A DNA stretch of 48,158 bases from a bacterium (lineage in GTDB: Bacteria > SZUA-182 > DTGQ01), in assembly GCA_040752695.1 (NCBI GenBank), contig JBFMGO010000032.1, forward strand, positions 1-48,158, given 5' to 3'. Below, in pieces: positions 1-8,769 of this stretch. Every line of letters begins with the position of its first letter. Position 1 is the first letter of the stretch. Below the pieces are notes generated by a model. The model was not told the DNA's origin, searched no databases, and saw only the letters and a list, made by a program, of their open reading frames with translations. The position numbers and the translations under genes are program-made.

Positions 1-130
1 GGGGGGGGCGGGGGGGGGGCCAATGGGTCACACCCCCATTTGTCCCCCCGCCCCGGCACTCCCACCCTGTTAATCCCCTCCACATCTGTCTCCTTATTAA
101 GCCCTCCTTTTTTCCGCTACAAAAAAAGAC
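1..130. other. Low-complexity poly-G/C-rich contig end, probably low-quality sequence
   Basis: Window opens with near-homopolymer G runs, then C-rich low-complexity sequence with no ORF, unlike the rest of the window. Confidence 0.6.
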
Positions 131-317
131 GATAGAGCACATCAGCATTCTTCCAAAATGGTCCATATCCTCTTTAAGAAGTAACTCTAAGCTCTTAAAA
201 TAACCCTTAAACACCTTTTATTATTGTATAGAATGCAGCATAGAGAAAGGTTGGTGTCGATATTACTATGTACAAGAGACATCAAAAATTCGTCTACACA
301 TGCTGTGAAAAGGGGAT

Positions 318-1226
318 ATGGAAAAAAGAGACTCTTTTGAGACATCAGATATCGGAGGCGATTTTTCGGAAGCGGACAGCCCGCTTCAAAAAGGACGCAA
401 GCCCTGGGTAGCCGGTCTTCTCACCTTATGTGTTATCGGGCTGGGACAAGTTTATAATGGTGAATTCAGAGAGGGGATTAAATACTATCTCGGCTCTCTC
501 GGGCTGAGCCTGTTTACAGCTTTCCTGGTCCTCTTGCTCCCCTTTCCCATGAATCTTTTGTCACTTGCTCTGGGCTTTCTCTATTTTATGTATATTTTCC
601 GGATAAGCTGGAAGGCAGCGAAGATCAAGAGGACATACTACCTCTTAAAGCCGTATAACAAGACCTATGTTTATATCTTTCTCATTTTCCTGTGCTGGTA
701 TGTTGTTAACCCGGTTTTCTCTCAGTTTACGAAAGATAATATTGTCCATGCCTATCGGGTGGTAGCCACCTCCATGTCCCCCACCATTCTGGATGGAGAC
801 CATATTCTGGTAAATGAAATAATCTATAAGTTCGCAAGACCAAACCGCCTCGATGTAGTTATATTTAAATATCCAAAAAATGAAAGCCAATATTTCATCA
901 AGCGGATTATCGGCCTTCCGGGAGAAACGATTCAAATCAATCAAAAGAAATGCTACATTAATGGAAAACCCTTCCAGGAGGACTATGTCATTCACTCAGG
1001 CAACAATAACTTGATCAGTTACCCTGAACTGGATAATTTCGGGCCTTTCAGGATACCTGCCGGTTCTTTTTTTGTTATGGGTGACAACCGTGACTGGAGC
1101 ATGGATAGCAGAACATTCGGTCCTGTCGAACAAAAAAAGATCCTCGGCAGAGCCTTTATGATCTATTGGCCCGGCTCAGAAGGGAGGCAGACAGTGTGGC
1201 GAAGGATAGGGGAAAAAATCAATTAG
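318..1226 (+). CDS. lepB: Signal peptidase I (S26) with N-terminal multi-TM extension
   Basis: Catalytic Ser box (ATSMSPT), Lys box (YFIKRIIGLPGE) and box E (FVMGDNRDWSMDSR). N-terminus has a TM2-like KPWVAGLL..GLGQVYNG motif and further hydrophobic helices. Confidence 0.93.
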   Translation: MEKRDSFETSDIGGDFSEADSPLQKGRKPWVAGLLTLCVIGLGQVYNGEFREGIKYYLGSLGLSLFTAFLVLLLPFPMNLLSLALGFLYFMYIFRISWKAAKIKRTYYLLKPYNKTYVYIFLIFLCWYVVNPVFSQFTKDNIVHAYRVVATSMSPTILDGDHILVNEIIYKFARPNRLDVVIFKYPKNESQYFIKRIIGLPGETIQINQKKCYINGKPFQEDYVIHSGNNNLISYPELDNFGPFRIPAGSFFVMGDNRDWSMDSRTFGPVEQKKILGRAFMIYWPGSEGRQTVWRRIGEKIN

Positions 1227-1379
1227 ATTTTTAGACGTAAGAAAATTCCCAAACCCCTCGTCTGTCTATATGATGATTGAATAAAGAGATAGATGAGAAA
1301 AAATCTTTTCTCTGTATAAAATGTAACATCACCTTACTTATTTCACCATTTTTTACTAACTTAATTCCTTTAGAAAGCT

Positions 1380-1420
1380 TAAACAAAAATGCCCATCCAA
1401 AAAATGGGCATTTTTGTTTA
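1380..1420. terminator. Bidirectional intrinsic terminator between convergent lepB and receiver gene
   Basis: Perfect 17-bp inverted repeat TAAACAAAAATGCCCAT / ATGGGCATTTTTGTTTA with 7-nt loop, 5 nt from the receiver gene stop. Confidence 0.8.
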
Positions 1421-1424
1421 CTCC

Positions 1425-1796
1425 TCATTTCAAAATCTTCATGATAATGCTCTTTAACACTGTAGGGTTAATAGGTTTTGTGATGTATTCAAATGCCCCT
1501 ATTTTCTTTGCCTTGATATAGGAATCCACCTCTCCCAGGGCGGTCATGATGATAATTTCAATATTGGGGTGCCTGTCCTTGACAATTTGCAGCAATTCCA
1601 AACCATCGATATTGGGCATCCGCATATCGGTAATAATCAGATGGGGTTCGTTTTTTCCAATGAGATCCAATGCTTCCAGTCCGTTATCTGAAATCAGCAC
1701 GTCATACCCATCGTCCAATAAGATATCCTGCAACGTAATGCACATGTTTAAGTTGTCGTCAACTACCAAGATCCGGTTCTTTTCCATCTTGTTCAC
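1425..1796 (-). CDS. Single-domain response regulator (CheY-like receiver)
   Basis: ILVVDD acidic pocket, phospho-acceptor Asp in IITDMRMP, conserved T (IMTA) and K (ITKP); no output domain. Confidence 0.92.
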   Translation of the reverse strand: MNKMEKNRILVVDDNLNMCITLQDILLDDGYDVLISDNGLEALDLIGKNEPHLIITDMRMPNIDGLELLQIVKDRHPNIEIIIMTALGEVDSYIKAKKIGAFEYITKPINPTVLKSIIMKILK

Positions 1797-2335
1797 CCAC
1801 AGAAAAATTGAGCTTCCCTTGTCGAATTTCCTTTACCAAAAAAGAGTTGACCCCGAAATGATTCCCTTACAGCTTCTCTTCGGAAACCTTAAAAAGAGCC
1901 TTTGGTGTAAAGACACCCTGCCCTTTGTTTTCCGATCGAGCACTCTAGTTATTATTAGAAATTATACCAAATCCAGATGTTATTAGTCTAGCTGAAGCAA
2001 TTAATTTAACACCATTTCCGAATCCAATGTCAATCGTAAAATAGACGGTAAAATACATACATTCAGGTGATAAATATATGGTTAATTAGATAATGAATAG
2101 ATATCTTAGAGAATTTCAATAATATAATGAATATCCCTTTTCTCCATAAAGATGCCAATAAGCATAAACATAGGCCTTTTTATTCCTCGTTTTCCACGAA
2201 AAGGATCAGACTCCCTCTCCCGTACAGCGCGGCAAAGATACCTTTATCGTGACAAATCCCGGCTAACCATGGTATGCTACCCCAGATATCCATTCCATGG
2301 TAAAGGTAAGAGAATTTTTGATTAGGAGGATTTCG

Positions 2336-3517
2336 ATGATAACCGACAGGAGTCTCATATACCTTGATTACAATGCCAGCACGCCGATTGCACCGCAGGT
2401 GGCTGAAGTAATTGCCAGATTCCTGCCCGCAGTCCCCCAGACTGGCGGACGGGTCCCGGAAGGAGGACTTACGGCTGGATGGTTGGGCAATCCGTCAAGC
2501 TCTCACTGGGCCGGAGTTCTTGCCAAAGCAACAGGAGAACTGGCCAGGTGTCAAGTCGCGGGTCTTTTAGGGTGTTCTGCCGAAGAGATCGTTTTCACCA
2601 GCGGAGGCAGCGAATCGAACAATCACGCTATCAAAGGTACATTTTTTGCCCTTCAATCGCGAGGAAACCATATCATCACCAGTCAGGTGGAGCATCCCTC
2701 CATCAGGCAGCCCTGCCGGTTTCTGGAAACCCTGGGTGCCAAAGTAACCTTTGTTCCCGTAGATGGTTACGGCATGGTTGACCCTGATGATGTCCGAAAA
2801 TGTATCACTGACAAAACCATCCTCATCAGCATCATGCACGCCAATAATGAAGTGGGAACGATTCAGCCTCTTGCCGAGATCAGCACGATAGCCTGTGAGC
2901 GGGGGATCCTTTTTCACACTGATGCGGCCCAGTCAGTGGGAAAGATCCCCGCCAACGTCGAAAAGCTCGGAGTGGACCTATTGTCCGTGGCAGGCCATAA
3001 GCTCTATGCACCAAAGGGCGTGGGGTGCCTCTATATCCGAAAGGGCGTCCGGATTGAGCCCCTTATCCATGGGGCGGGGCAGGAGAGTGGCAGGCGTGCC
3101 GGGACAGAAAATGTGCTGCTGAATGCCGCTCTTGGGGCTGCCTGCGAATTAGCCTCTGGCTGGATCGGAAAGACGAAAACGTGCAAACTGAGGGACCTGT
3201 TCCTCGAGATGCTCTCTGAGGAGTTCGGCGATCGGATAGTGCTTAACGGCCATCCGGTAGAGCGGCTGCCGAACACGCTGCATGTATCCTTTTTAGGGCA
3301 ATCGGGTGCGCAAATCCTGTCACGGATGGAAGACGTGGCCGCTTCTACGGGTTCCGCCTGCCATTCGGGCCAGGTCAGGCTCTCACCGGTCCTCGAAGCC
3401 ATGGGCGTTTCGCCGGAAGCAGGGCTGGGAGCCATTCGCTTCAGCCTGGGAAGAGAGACTACCAAAGGGGAGATTGTAGAGGTAGTCCGCCGCCTGAAGC
3501 GGATCGTCTCCTCTTAA
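2336..3517 (+). CDS. iscS: Cysteine desulfurase, NifS/IscS group I (PLP-dependent)
   Basis: IYLDYNAST, GNPSS, FTSGGSESNN, HTDAAQ, PLP-Lys in AGHKLYAPKG, catalytic Cys in STGSACHS. ATG at 2336 follows AGGAGG (ORF track starts at 2297). Confidence 0.92.
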   Translation: MITDRSLIYLDYNASTPIAPQVAEVIARFLPAVPQTGGRVPEGGLTAGWLGNPSSSHWAGVLAKATGELARCQVAGLLGCSAEEIVFTSGGSESNNHAIKGTFFALQSRGNHIITSQVEHPSIRQPCRFLETLGAKVTFVPVDGYGMVDPDDVRKCITDKTILISIMHANNEVGTIQPLAEISTIACERGILFHTDAAQSVGKIPANVEKLGVDLLSVAGHKLYAPKGVGCLYIRKGVRIEPLIHGAGQESGRRAGTENVLLNAALGAACELASGWIGKTKTCKLRDLFLEMLSEEFGDRIVLNGHPVERLPNTLHVSFLGQSGAQILSRMEDVAASTGSACHSGQVRLSPVLEAMGVSPEAGLGAIRFSLGRETTKGEIVEVVRRLKRIVSS

Positions 3518-3521
3518 GCCA

Positions 3522-3563
3522 CGTGCTTCACAGGCACCAGTGCTGGTGTGCCTGTGAAGCACG
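3522..3563. terminator. Strong hairpin between convergent iscS and glnK
   Basis: Perfect 16-bp stem CGTGCTTCACAGGCAC / GTGCCTGTGAAGCACG with 10-nt loop; no obvious U-tract. Confidence 0.65.
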
Positions 3564-3590
3564 GCCTTATCACCCTGAGTTGCCAGACTC

Positions 3591-3932
3591 TTATCCTATG
3601 GCTTTATTACCCTTTTCCCCGGTCCTGATCCGTATACATTCTTGAATATCGAGAATAAAGATCTTGCCATCACCGATCGAACCGCTCCTCGCTCCCTTGA
3701 TAATCGCATCTATCGTGGGCTGGACAAATTCTTCATTGACCGCGATCTCAAGCCGCACCTTTTTCAGAAGGTTAACTTCATGGATAACGAACCGGTAGTT
3801 TTCCGTATATCCTTTCTGCTGTCCGCATCCCAGTGCGTTGGTAACGGTCATTTTATGAATTTCCGCATCAAAGAGGGCTTTTTTGACATCGGGCAATTTA
3901 TGGGGCTGTATCATAGCAATGATCAATTTCAT
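3591..3932 (-). CDS. glnK: P-II nitrogen regulatory protein (GlnK-type, amt-linked)
   Basis: 113 aa, colinear with P-II: G35-x-G37-x-Q39-K40-G41, K58, B-loop [11 protein letters not shown]-terminal IRIRTGE. Directly downstream of amt. Confidence 0.95.
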   Translation of the reverse strand: MKLIIAMIQPHKLPDVKKALFDAEIHKMTVTNALGCGQQKGYTENYRFVIHEVNLLKKVRLEIAVNEEFVQPTIDAIIKGARSGSIGDGKIFILDIQECIRIRTGEKGNKAIG

Positions 3933-3953
3933 TCTTTCCTTACTCCCTTCACG

Positions 3954-5303
3954 TTAACGGGTAGTGAATATCTGAAATCCGGCATAAGACTCCATACCGT
4001 GCTGGCTTATGTCCAGCCCTTTCAATTCATCCTCTCTGGAGACTCGGAGGCCGACTATTTTACCGATAACCGTATAAATGATAGTCATGGCAACAGCCAC
4101 GAAGGACAGGGTGGCCAGTGCTCCCAGAGCCTGAACACCAAGCTGGGTCAAACCCCCGCCGTGCAGCAATCCGTTTCTGGCCAGACCGAGTGCCTCACGA
4201 CCGAAGATCCCAACCGACAGCGTTCCCCATACCCCATTCACTGCATGTACCGGCACCGCACCAACCGGATCATCTACATGGATTTTATCAAGGAACAACG
4301 TGGCCGCGACAACCAGAATACCGGCAACGACACCGATAATCATGGCTTCATAAGGCAACACATAAGCACAGGGCGCTGTCACTGCTACCAATCCCGCCAG
4401 GCAGCCATTCATGGTCATCGTCAGATCGGGCTTGCCGCATATGCGCCAGGCAAAAAACATGGCAGTCAACGCTCCGGTTACAGCCGCCATATTGGTGTTT
4501 ACGGCTACCTTGGCCATAAAGCTCCCATCCCCGACACTTAAGGTTGACCCTGGGTTAAAACCGAACCACGCGAACCACAGGATCAGCGTGCCAAGAGAAG
4601 CAAGCGGCATGGAGTGGCCCTCAATGGCATTGGCCGATCCATCCGCATTGTATTTGCCTATTCGGGGACCCACAATGATCGTTCCAACCAAAGCCGCCGT
4701 GCCCCCGACGGTATGGACCACGGCAGAGCCTGCAAAATCACCAAAACCAAGGCCCGCAAGCCAGCCTCCACCCCAGATCCAATGCCCTATGATCGGATAG
4801 ACCGTAGCCGAGATAAGGAAAGAATAGGCAAGGTAAGCCTTGAATTTCATCCTTTCCGCTATGCCTCCGGCAACGATGGTCGCCGCTGCTCCGCAGAAAA
4901 CCGCGTGAAACAGCCAAGCCGCCTCAAGGGGAAGGTTCCCCTGATGAGTGGCATTGATAAGGCACCACCCGCTGAATCCCATGAAGCCATTCCCCTTGCC
5001 GAACATTACTGCATAGCCGAAGATATAAAAACCCACTGAGGCCATGCAAAAATCAAGGAAGTTGTTCATCAGAACATTGCATGTACTCTTGGTTCTGATC
5101 AATCCGGCTTCGAGCATTCCAAAACCAGCCTGCATAACGAAGACGAGAAATGCTGCAATCAAAACCCACAGCGTATCAACGCCGACTGAACTGGCAAAGT
5201 TCCCGGGATCTTCAGCCATGGCCGGCTTGAGCCAAAAGGCCACTGATATCATTGCCAGTAATGCAATTATGGATATTCGTTTAAGCGACTTTCGAAAAAC
5301 CAT
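3954..5303 (-). CDS. amtB: Ammonium transporter (Amt family)
   Basis: MQAGFGMLEAG, DFAGSAVVH, WFAWFGFNPGS, DDPVGAVPVH (twin His), GLRVSREDELKGLD. ATG at 5303 follows AGGAGG. Confidence 0.96.
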   Translation of the reverse strand: MVFRKSLKRISIIALLAMISVAFWLKPAMAEDPGNFASSVGVDTLWVLIAAFLVFVMQAGFGMLEAGLIRTKSTCNVLMNNFLDFCMASVGFYIFGYAVMFGKGNGFMGFSGWCLINATHQGNLPLEAAWLFHAVFCGAAATIVAGGIAERMKFKAYLAYSFLISATVYPIIGHWIWGGGWLAGLGFGDFAGSAVVHTVGGTAALVGTIIVGPRIGKYNADGSANAIEGHSMPLASLGTLILWFAWFGFNPGSTLSVGDGSFMAKVAVNTNMAAVTGALTAMFFAWRICGKPDLTMTMNGCLAGLVAVTAPCAYVLPYEAMIIGVVAGILVVAATLFLDKIHVDDPVGAVPVHAVNGVWGTLSVGIFGREALGLARNGLLHGGGLTQLGVQALGALATLSFVAVAMTIIYTVIGKIVGLRVSREDELKGLDISQHGMESYAGFQIFTTR

Positions 5304-5381
5304 GTTGCCTCCTTTTCGGTTTAAGCAGTATCTCATATTCATTTTTTCTTATTGTATAGGGACCCTTTTCACTTTTATCTG

Positions 5382-5396
5382 ACAAGATTGATGCCA
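5382..5396 (-). promoter_or_regulatory. Putative sigma54 (-24/-12) promoter of amtB-glnK
   Basis: Minus strand TGGCATCAATCTTGT = GG-N10-GT, one mismatch to TTGC. IHF-like TTACAAATAGTTA at 5437-5449. Adjacent sigma54 activator gene. Confidence 0.6.
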
Positions 5397-5572
5397 CACT
5401 GTTCCAAAAGGAATTGCTTTAAAGATTGCTTTTTATTTACAAATAGTTAAAGAGTATCGAATGCATCTGGATGGGAGAACTGGACTTTTTTAATAATGAT
5501 AGAATTGAAGCAGATTTGAACGTGGCAAGCAGCTTAACAGCTTGCTTTACAGTAAGTTACGAGTAACTGTTT

Positions 5573-5657
5573 GATTTCTGGCAGTGCCCGATTTCTGGCA
5601 GTGCTTCATTTTTGGCAGAGCTTCATTTTTGGCAGTACCTGATTTTGGGCAGAACAT
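5573..5657. repeat. Five tandem 17-bp degenerate repeats (core ATTTYTGGCAG)
   Basis: GATTTCTGGCAGTGCCC / GATTTCTGGCAGTGCTT / CATTTTTGGCAGAGCTT / CATTTTTGGCAGTACCT / GATTTTGGGCAGAACAT. Confidence 0.9.
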
Positions 5658-5685
5658 GATTACGGACGGCAGATCGAATGAGATT

Positions 5686-7287
5686 TTATCGGTATTGCCT
5701 GGGATTGATGTTGTACTTCTTCACTCTCAGGCCCAGAATTCTTTCCGATGTACTCAGAAGCCTGGCTGCATTGGCCAGATTCCCCCGGCTGGCTTTCAAA
5801 GCGTCGATAATCAATTCTTTTTCCAGTGTCTCAAGTGCAGAATCCAGGGACTGGACAGGCATGGTACCCGATTCTTTGGCCGTTTGCAGGGTGGGAGGCA
5901 GGTGGTAGCTGTGGATAACGTGGTCAGTACACAGGAGAACGGCCCTTTCCATGCAATTTTCCAGTTCCCGCACGTTGCCGGGCCAATGATAGCGCATGAG
6001 CATGTCAATAGCCGGGGTAGAAATCCTCCTGATGTCCTTTCCATATTTTTTTCGATACTTTTTCAGGAAAAAATCCGCCAGAAGGAGTATATCCGTCTTT
6101 CTCTCCCGCAAAGGGGGAAGGTAGATAGGAAAAATATTGAGGCGATAATAAAGGTCCTCCCTGAAAGTGCCTTCCTTCAGGGCATCTTCCAGGGGTTTAT
6201 TGGTGGCCGCGATGATCCGCACGTCAACCTTGATCGTATCGATTCCACCGACCCTTTCCAGTTCCTTTTCCTGCAATACACGCAAAATCTTGGCCTGGGA
6301 AGCGAGATTGAGGGTCCCGATCTCGTCCAGGAAAAGGGTACCCTTATGTGCCCGCTCGAACTTACCTATTCTCTTGATGAGTGCTCCGGTAAAGGCACCT
6401 TTTTCATGTCCGAAGAGTTCGGCTTCGATCAGGGTCTCCGGCAGGGCTGCACAATTCATCTTAATAAACGGCCCCTTGACTCTCGGACTGTTATAATGGA
6501 TAGCATTGGCCACAAGCTCTTTGCCGGTCCCGCTCTCCCCTCTGATAAGCACGGTGGCGTCGCTTGAGGATACCTGCTCGATCATTTCGAATACCTCTCG
6601 CATCTTATTGCTCCTGCCCACGATATTATAAAAGCTGTACCGCTCCTTGAGCTGTTCCCTCAAGGTTACATTTTCATCCCGCAGGCGGTTTCTTTCCTCT
6701 TCCATCATCTGGCTGATTTTTATGGATTGAGCAACCGTTGAAGCAATAATGGTGAGAAGCCTCAAATCCTCCTCAAAAGAAATATCTTCACTGAACAGGC
6801 GGTCCACACTGAGTGCACCATAGATAACCGACCCCATTTTGATGGGCACGCAAATAAAGCCGATATTGTTTTTCTGGATATCTCCCCTCGCCTTGGTCCG
6901 GTCCAAAAAGAGCGGCTCTTTCCCTACATTGGGAACAATGACAGGATCTCCTCTTTCCACAACCGTTCCGGTGATCCCTTCCCCCACCCGGTAGCGGCCC
7001 CGATCCATTTCCTGATCGGTCAGCCCATGGGCCACTTCAATGCTCAGCTCATGAGTCTCGGGGCTTAAAAGGGTTATGGTCCCCCGGCTCATGCCCATGT
7101 AAGAGTGGAGGATAGAAAGAACAGAGCCCAGGGCATCTTTGGGATCGGGGGTAGTAACCAGAAGCCGGCTGATCTCGTAAAGCACGGTCAACTCCTGAAT
7201 CTTCCTTTCAAGAAAAGAAGACCTGTCACCAGCCTTCTCCTCATGGTTTATATTAAGAGCGTTAAGATCCTGGCTTTCCTTTTTCAT
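5686..7287 (-). CDS. NifA-type sigma54 enhancer-binding protein (GAF-AAA+-HTH)
   Basis: N-terminal GAF ([25 protein letters not shown]), Walker [15 protein letters not shown] loop, [18 protein letters not shown]-terminal Fis-type HTH. Confidence 0.93.
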   Translation of the reverse strand: MKKESQDLNALNINHEEKAGDRSSFLERKIQELTVLYEISRLLVTTPDPKDALGSVLSILHSYMGMSRGTITLLSPETHELSIEVAHGLTDQEMDRGRYRVGEGITGTVVERGDPVIVPNVGKEPLFLDRTKARGDIQKNNIGFICVPIKMGSVIYGALSVDRLFSEDISFEEDLRLLTIIASTVAQSIKISQMMEEERNRLRDENVTLREQLKERYSFYNIVGRSNKMREVFEMIEQVSSSDATVLIRGESGTGKELVANAIHYNSPRVKGPFIKMNCAALPETLIEAELFGHEKGAFTGALIKRIGKFERAHKGTLFLDEIGTLNLASQAKILRVLQEKELERVGGIDTIKVDVRIIAATNKPLEDALKEGTFREDLYYRLNIFPIYLPPLRERKTDILLLADFFLKKYRKKYGKDIRRISTPAIDMLMRYHWPGNVRELENCMERAVLLCTDHVIHSYHLPPTLQTAKESGTMPVQSLDSALETLEKELIIDALKASRGNLANAARLLSTSERILGLRVKKYNINPRQYR

Positions 7288-7477
7288 GGCAATTCCCTGT
7301 CCTGTGGCAAATTCCTAACACTTTTTATCATGCAACTTTTACCATTCCTTCAATACCTTACTTGCACTAGAGAAATGTCTCAAGGATATCGCAACAGGAG
7401 ATAGAAGTCAAAAAGATTCGCCCGTGGGTATGAGCTTTGCCTGCTAAAAACACCAAAGGGACCGCACGCAAAGGGGA

Positions 7478-8749
7478 TTAAAAGGCCAGGGCGAGCGCAT
7501 CGGCAACAGCCAGCCCCAGCGGAGTCGGGCAGAGCCAGTCTCCACGGATTTCCAGTTTTTTCTCATCGATCAGCCGGCTGGCCAGACCTTTTGGATTGGA
7601 AAGAAGATCCTGGCCATAGTGATGATAAAAATCCCCAAGATGGATCCCCCGGCGGGTGCGGAATCCCAGGTAGAGCGCCTCCAGGCGAAGTTCCTCCGTC
7701 CCGAGAGTTTCCTCTCCGGCCACGGGCTTTTGGATGCCCTTGTGCAAATCGTGGCAGTAGAGCGACAAAGACCGGTGGTTCCAGTGCCTCTTGCTGCGGC
7801 TGAAGGAATGAGCTGACGGGCCGAGCCCCAGATAGGGGATGTGCTGCCAGTACTTCTGATTGTGGCGGCAGGTCCACTCTTTTCCCCGGCTAAAGTTGGA
7901 AACCTCATAGTGCAGGTAGCCGGATGATTCCAGCAGACTGGAAGTCTCAAGAAAGCAGCGGGATTCGGCCATCTCATCAAGAGGCTGGATTACCCCTTGA
8001 CTGCGCTGCCGTAAGAGTTTCGTATGAGGTTCATAAGTCAACTGGTAACAGGAAAGATGCTCCGGCCTATACGCAAGGACCTCCTGCAATTCCTGAAGCC
8101 ATTGATCGAGGGAAGAAGCAAAACCACCGCAAATTGGGGGACATCCTGCGGTGTTTTGGGAACATCCATCCGCCAGCCGCTCAGGAAGGCCGTAGATTAA
8201 ATCAAGGCTGAGGTTAGTGAACCCTGCGCACCGAGAATCCTCTATGGCCCGAATGCCCTGCCTGGCAGTATGCCTGCGGCCAAGCCAGGTTAAATTGTCA
8301 TCCCGCAAAGACTGAAGACCGAGGCTGAGCCGGTTAAACCCCAGGGACCGCAGACCCTGTAAGAAGGCGAGAGTCAGATCGTCCGGATTAGCCTCGATGG
8401 TCCATTCGGCGGCTGGTGTAAAAGGAAAAATGTTTTGCACGCTCTCCAAAAGGTCAGCCAGTTGCCTGAGGCTGAGTAAAGAGGGTGTCCCTCCTCCCAG
8501 AAAAAGCGTATCGAAAAGCCTGTCACAGCCGCCACTGCCGCAGCCTCGGCCATGTGGACCGAACGGGCTGTCGGCTCCCGGCAGCCAGTCCCGGTAAAGG
8601 CTCATTTCCCGCTTCAAAGCGGCCACAAATTCATCTATCCGGTTTGTGGCCGCTACGGAGTAGAAATCGCAGTAATTACATTTTTTCCGGCAAAAGGGAA
8701 TATGGATATATAATCCGGCTCGCATGGGGTGATTACTCTTGATGCACAT
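7478..8749 (-). CDS. hemW: Radical SAM heme chaperone HemW (HemN-like)
   Basis: LYIHIPFC-RKKC-NYC (CxxxCxxC), GGGTPS, EANP, YEVSNF and the HemW-type HNxxYW (HNQKYW). Start 8749 or 8725 is more likely than 8815. Confidence 0.88.
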   Translation of the reverse strand: MCIKSNHPMRAGLYIHIPFCRKKCNYCDFYSVAATNRIDEFVAALKREMSLYRDWLPGADSPFGPHGRGCGSGGCDRLFDTLFLGGGTPSLLSLRQLADLLESVQNIFPFTPAAEWTIEANPDDLTLAFLQGLRSLGFNRLSLGLQSLRDDNLTWLGRRHTARQGIRAIEDSRCAGFTNLSLDLIYGLPERLADGCSQNTAGCPPICGGFASSLDQWLQELQEVLAYRPEHLSCYQLTYEPHTKLLRQRSQGVIQPLDEMAESRCFLETSSLLESSGYLHYEVSNFSRGKEWTCRHNQKYWQHIPYLGLGPSAHSFSRSKRHWNHRSLSLYCHDLHKGIQKPVAGEETLGTEELRLEALYLGFRTRRGIHLGDFYHHYGQDLLSNPKGLASRLIDEKKLEIRGDWLCPTPLGLAVADALALAF

Positions 8750-8769
8750 TCCTTTACCTTCTAACTCTA

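Noticed and set aside
1..130. G-quadruplex or telomere-like element at window start
   Set aside because: Poly-G at a contig end is a common sequencing artefact; cannot be supported without reads.
1231..1428. 65-aa ORF downstream of the receiver gene
   Set aside because: Runs through the terminator hairpin and has no recognisable features.
5573..5657. Possible CRISPR array (also considered for 27307-27375 and 43105-43170)
   Set aside because: Units are head-to-tail with no unique spacers, the periods are too short, and no cas genes are present.
2336..7287. Nitrogen-fixation (nif) cluster suggested by NifS-like + NifA-like + P-II
   Set aside because: No nifH/D/K/E/N/B/U in the window, and the desulfurase is convergent with, not part of, the amt unit.
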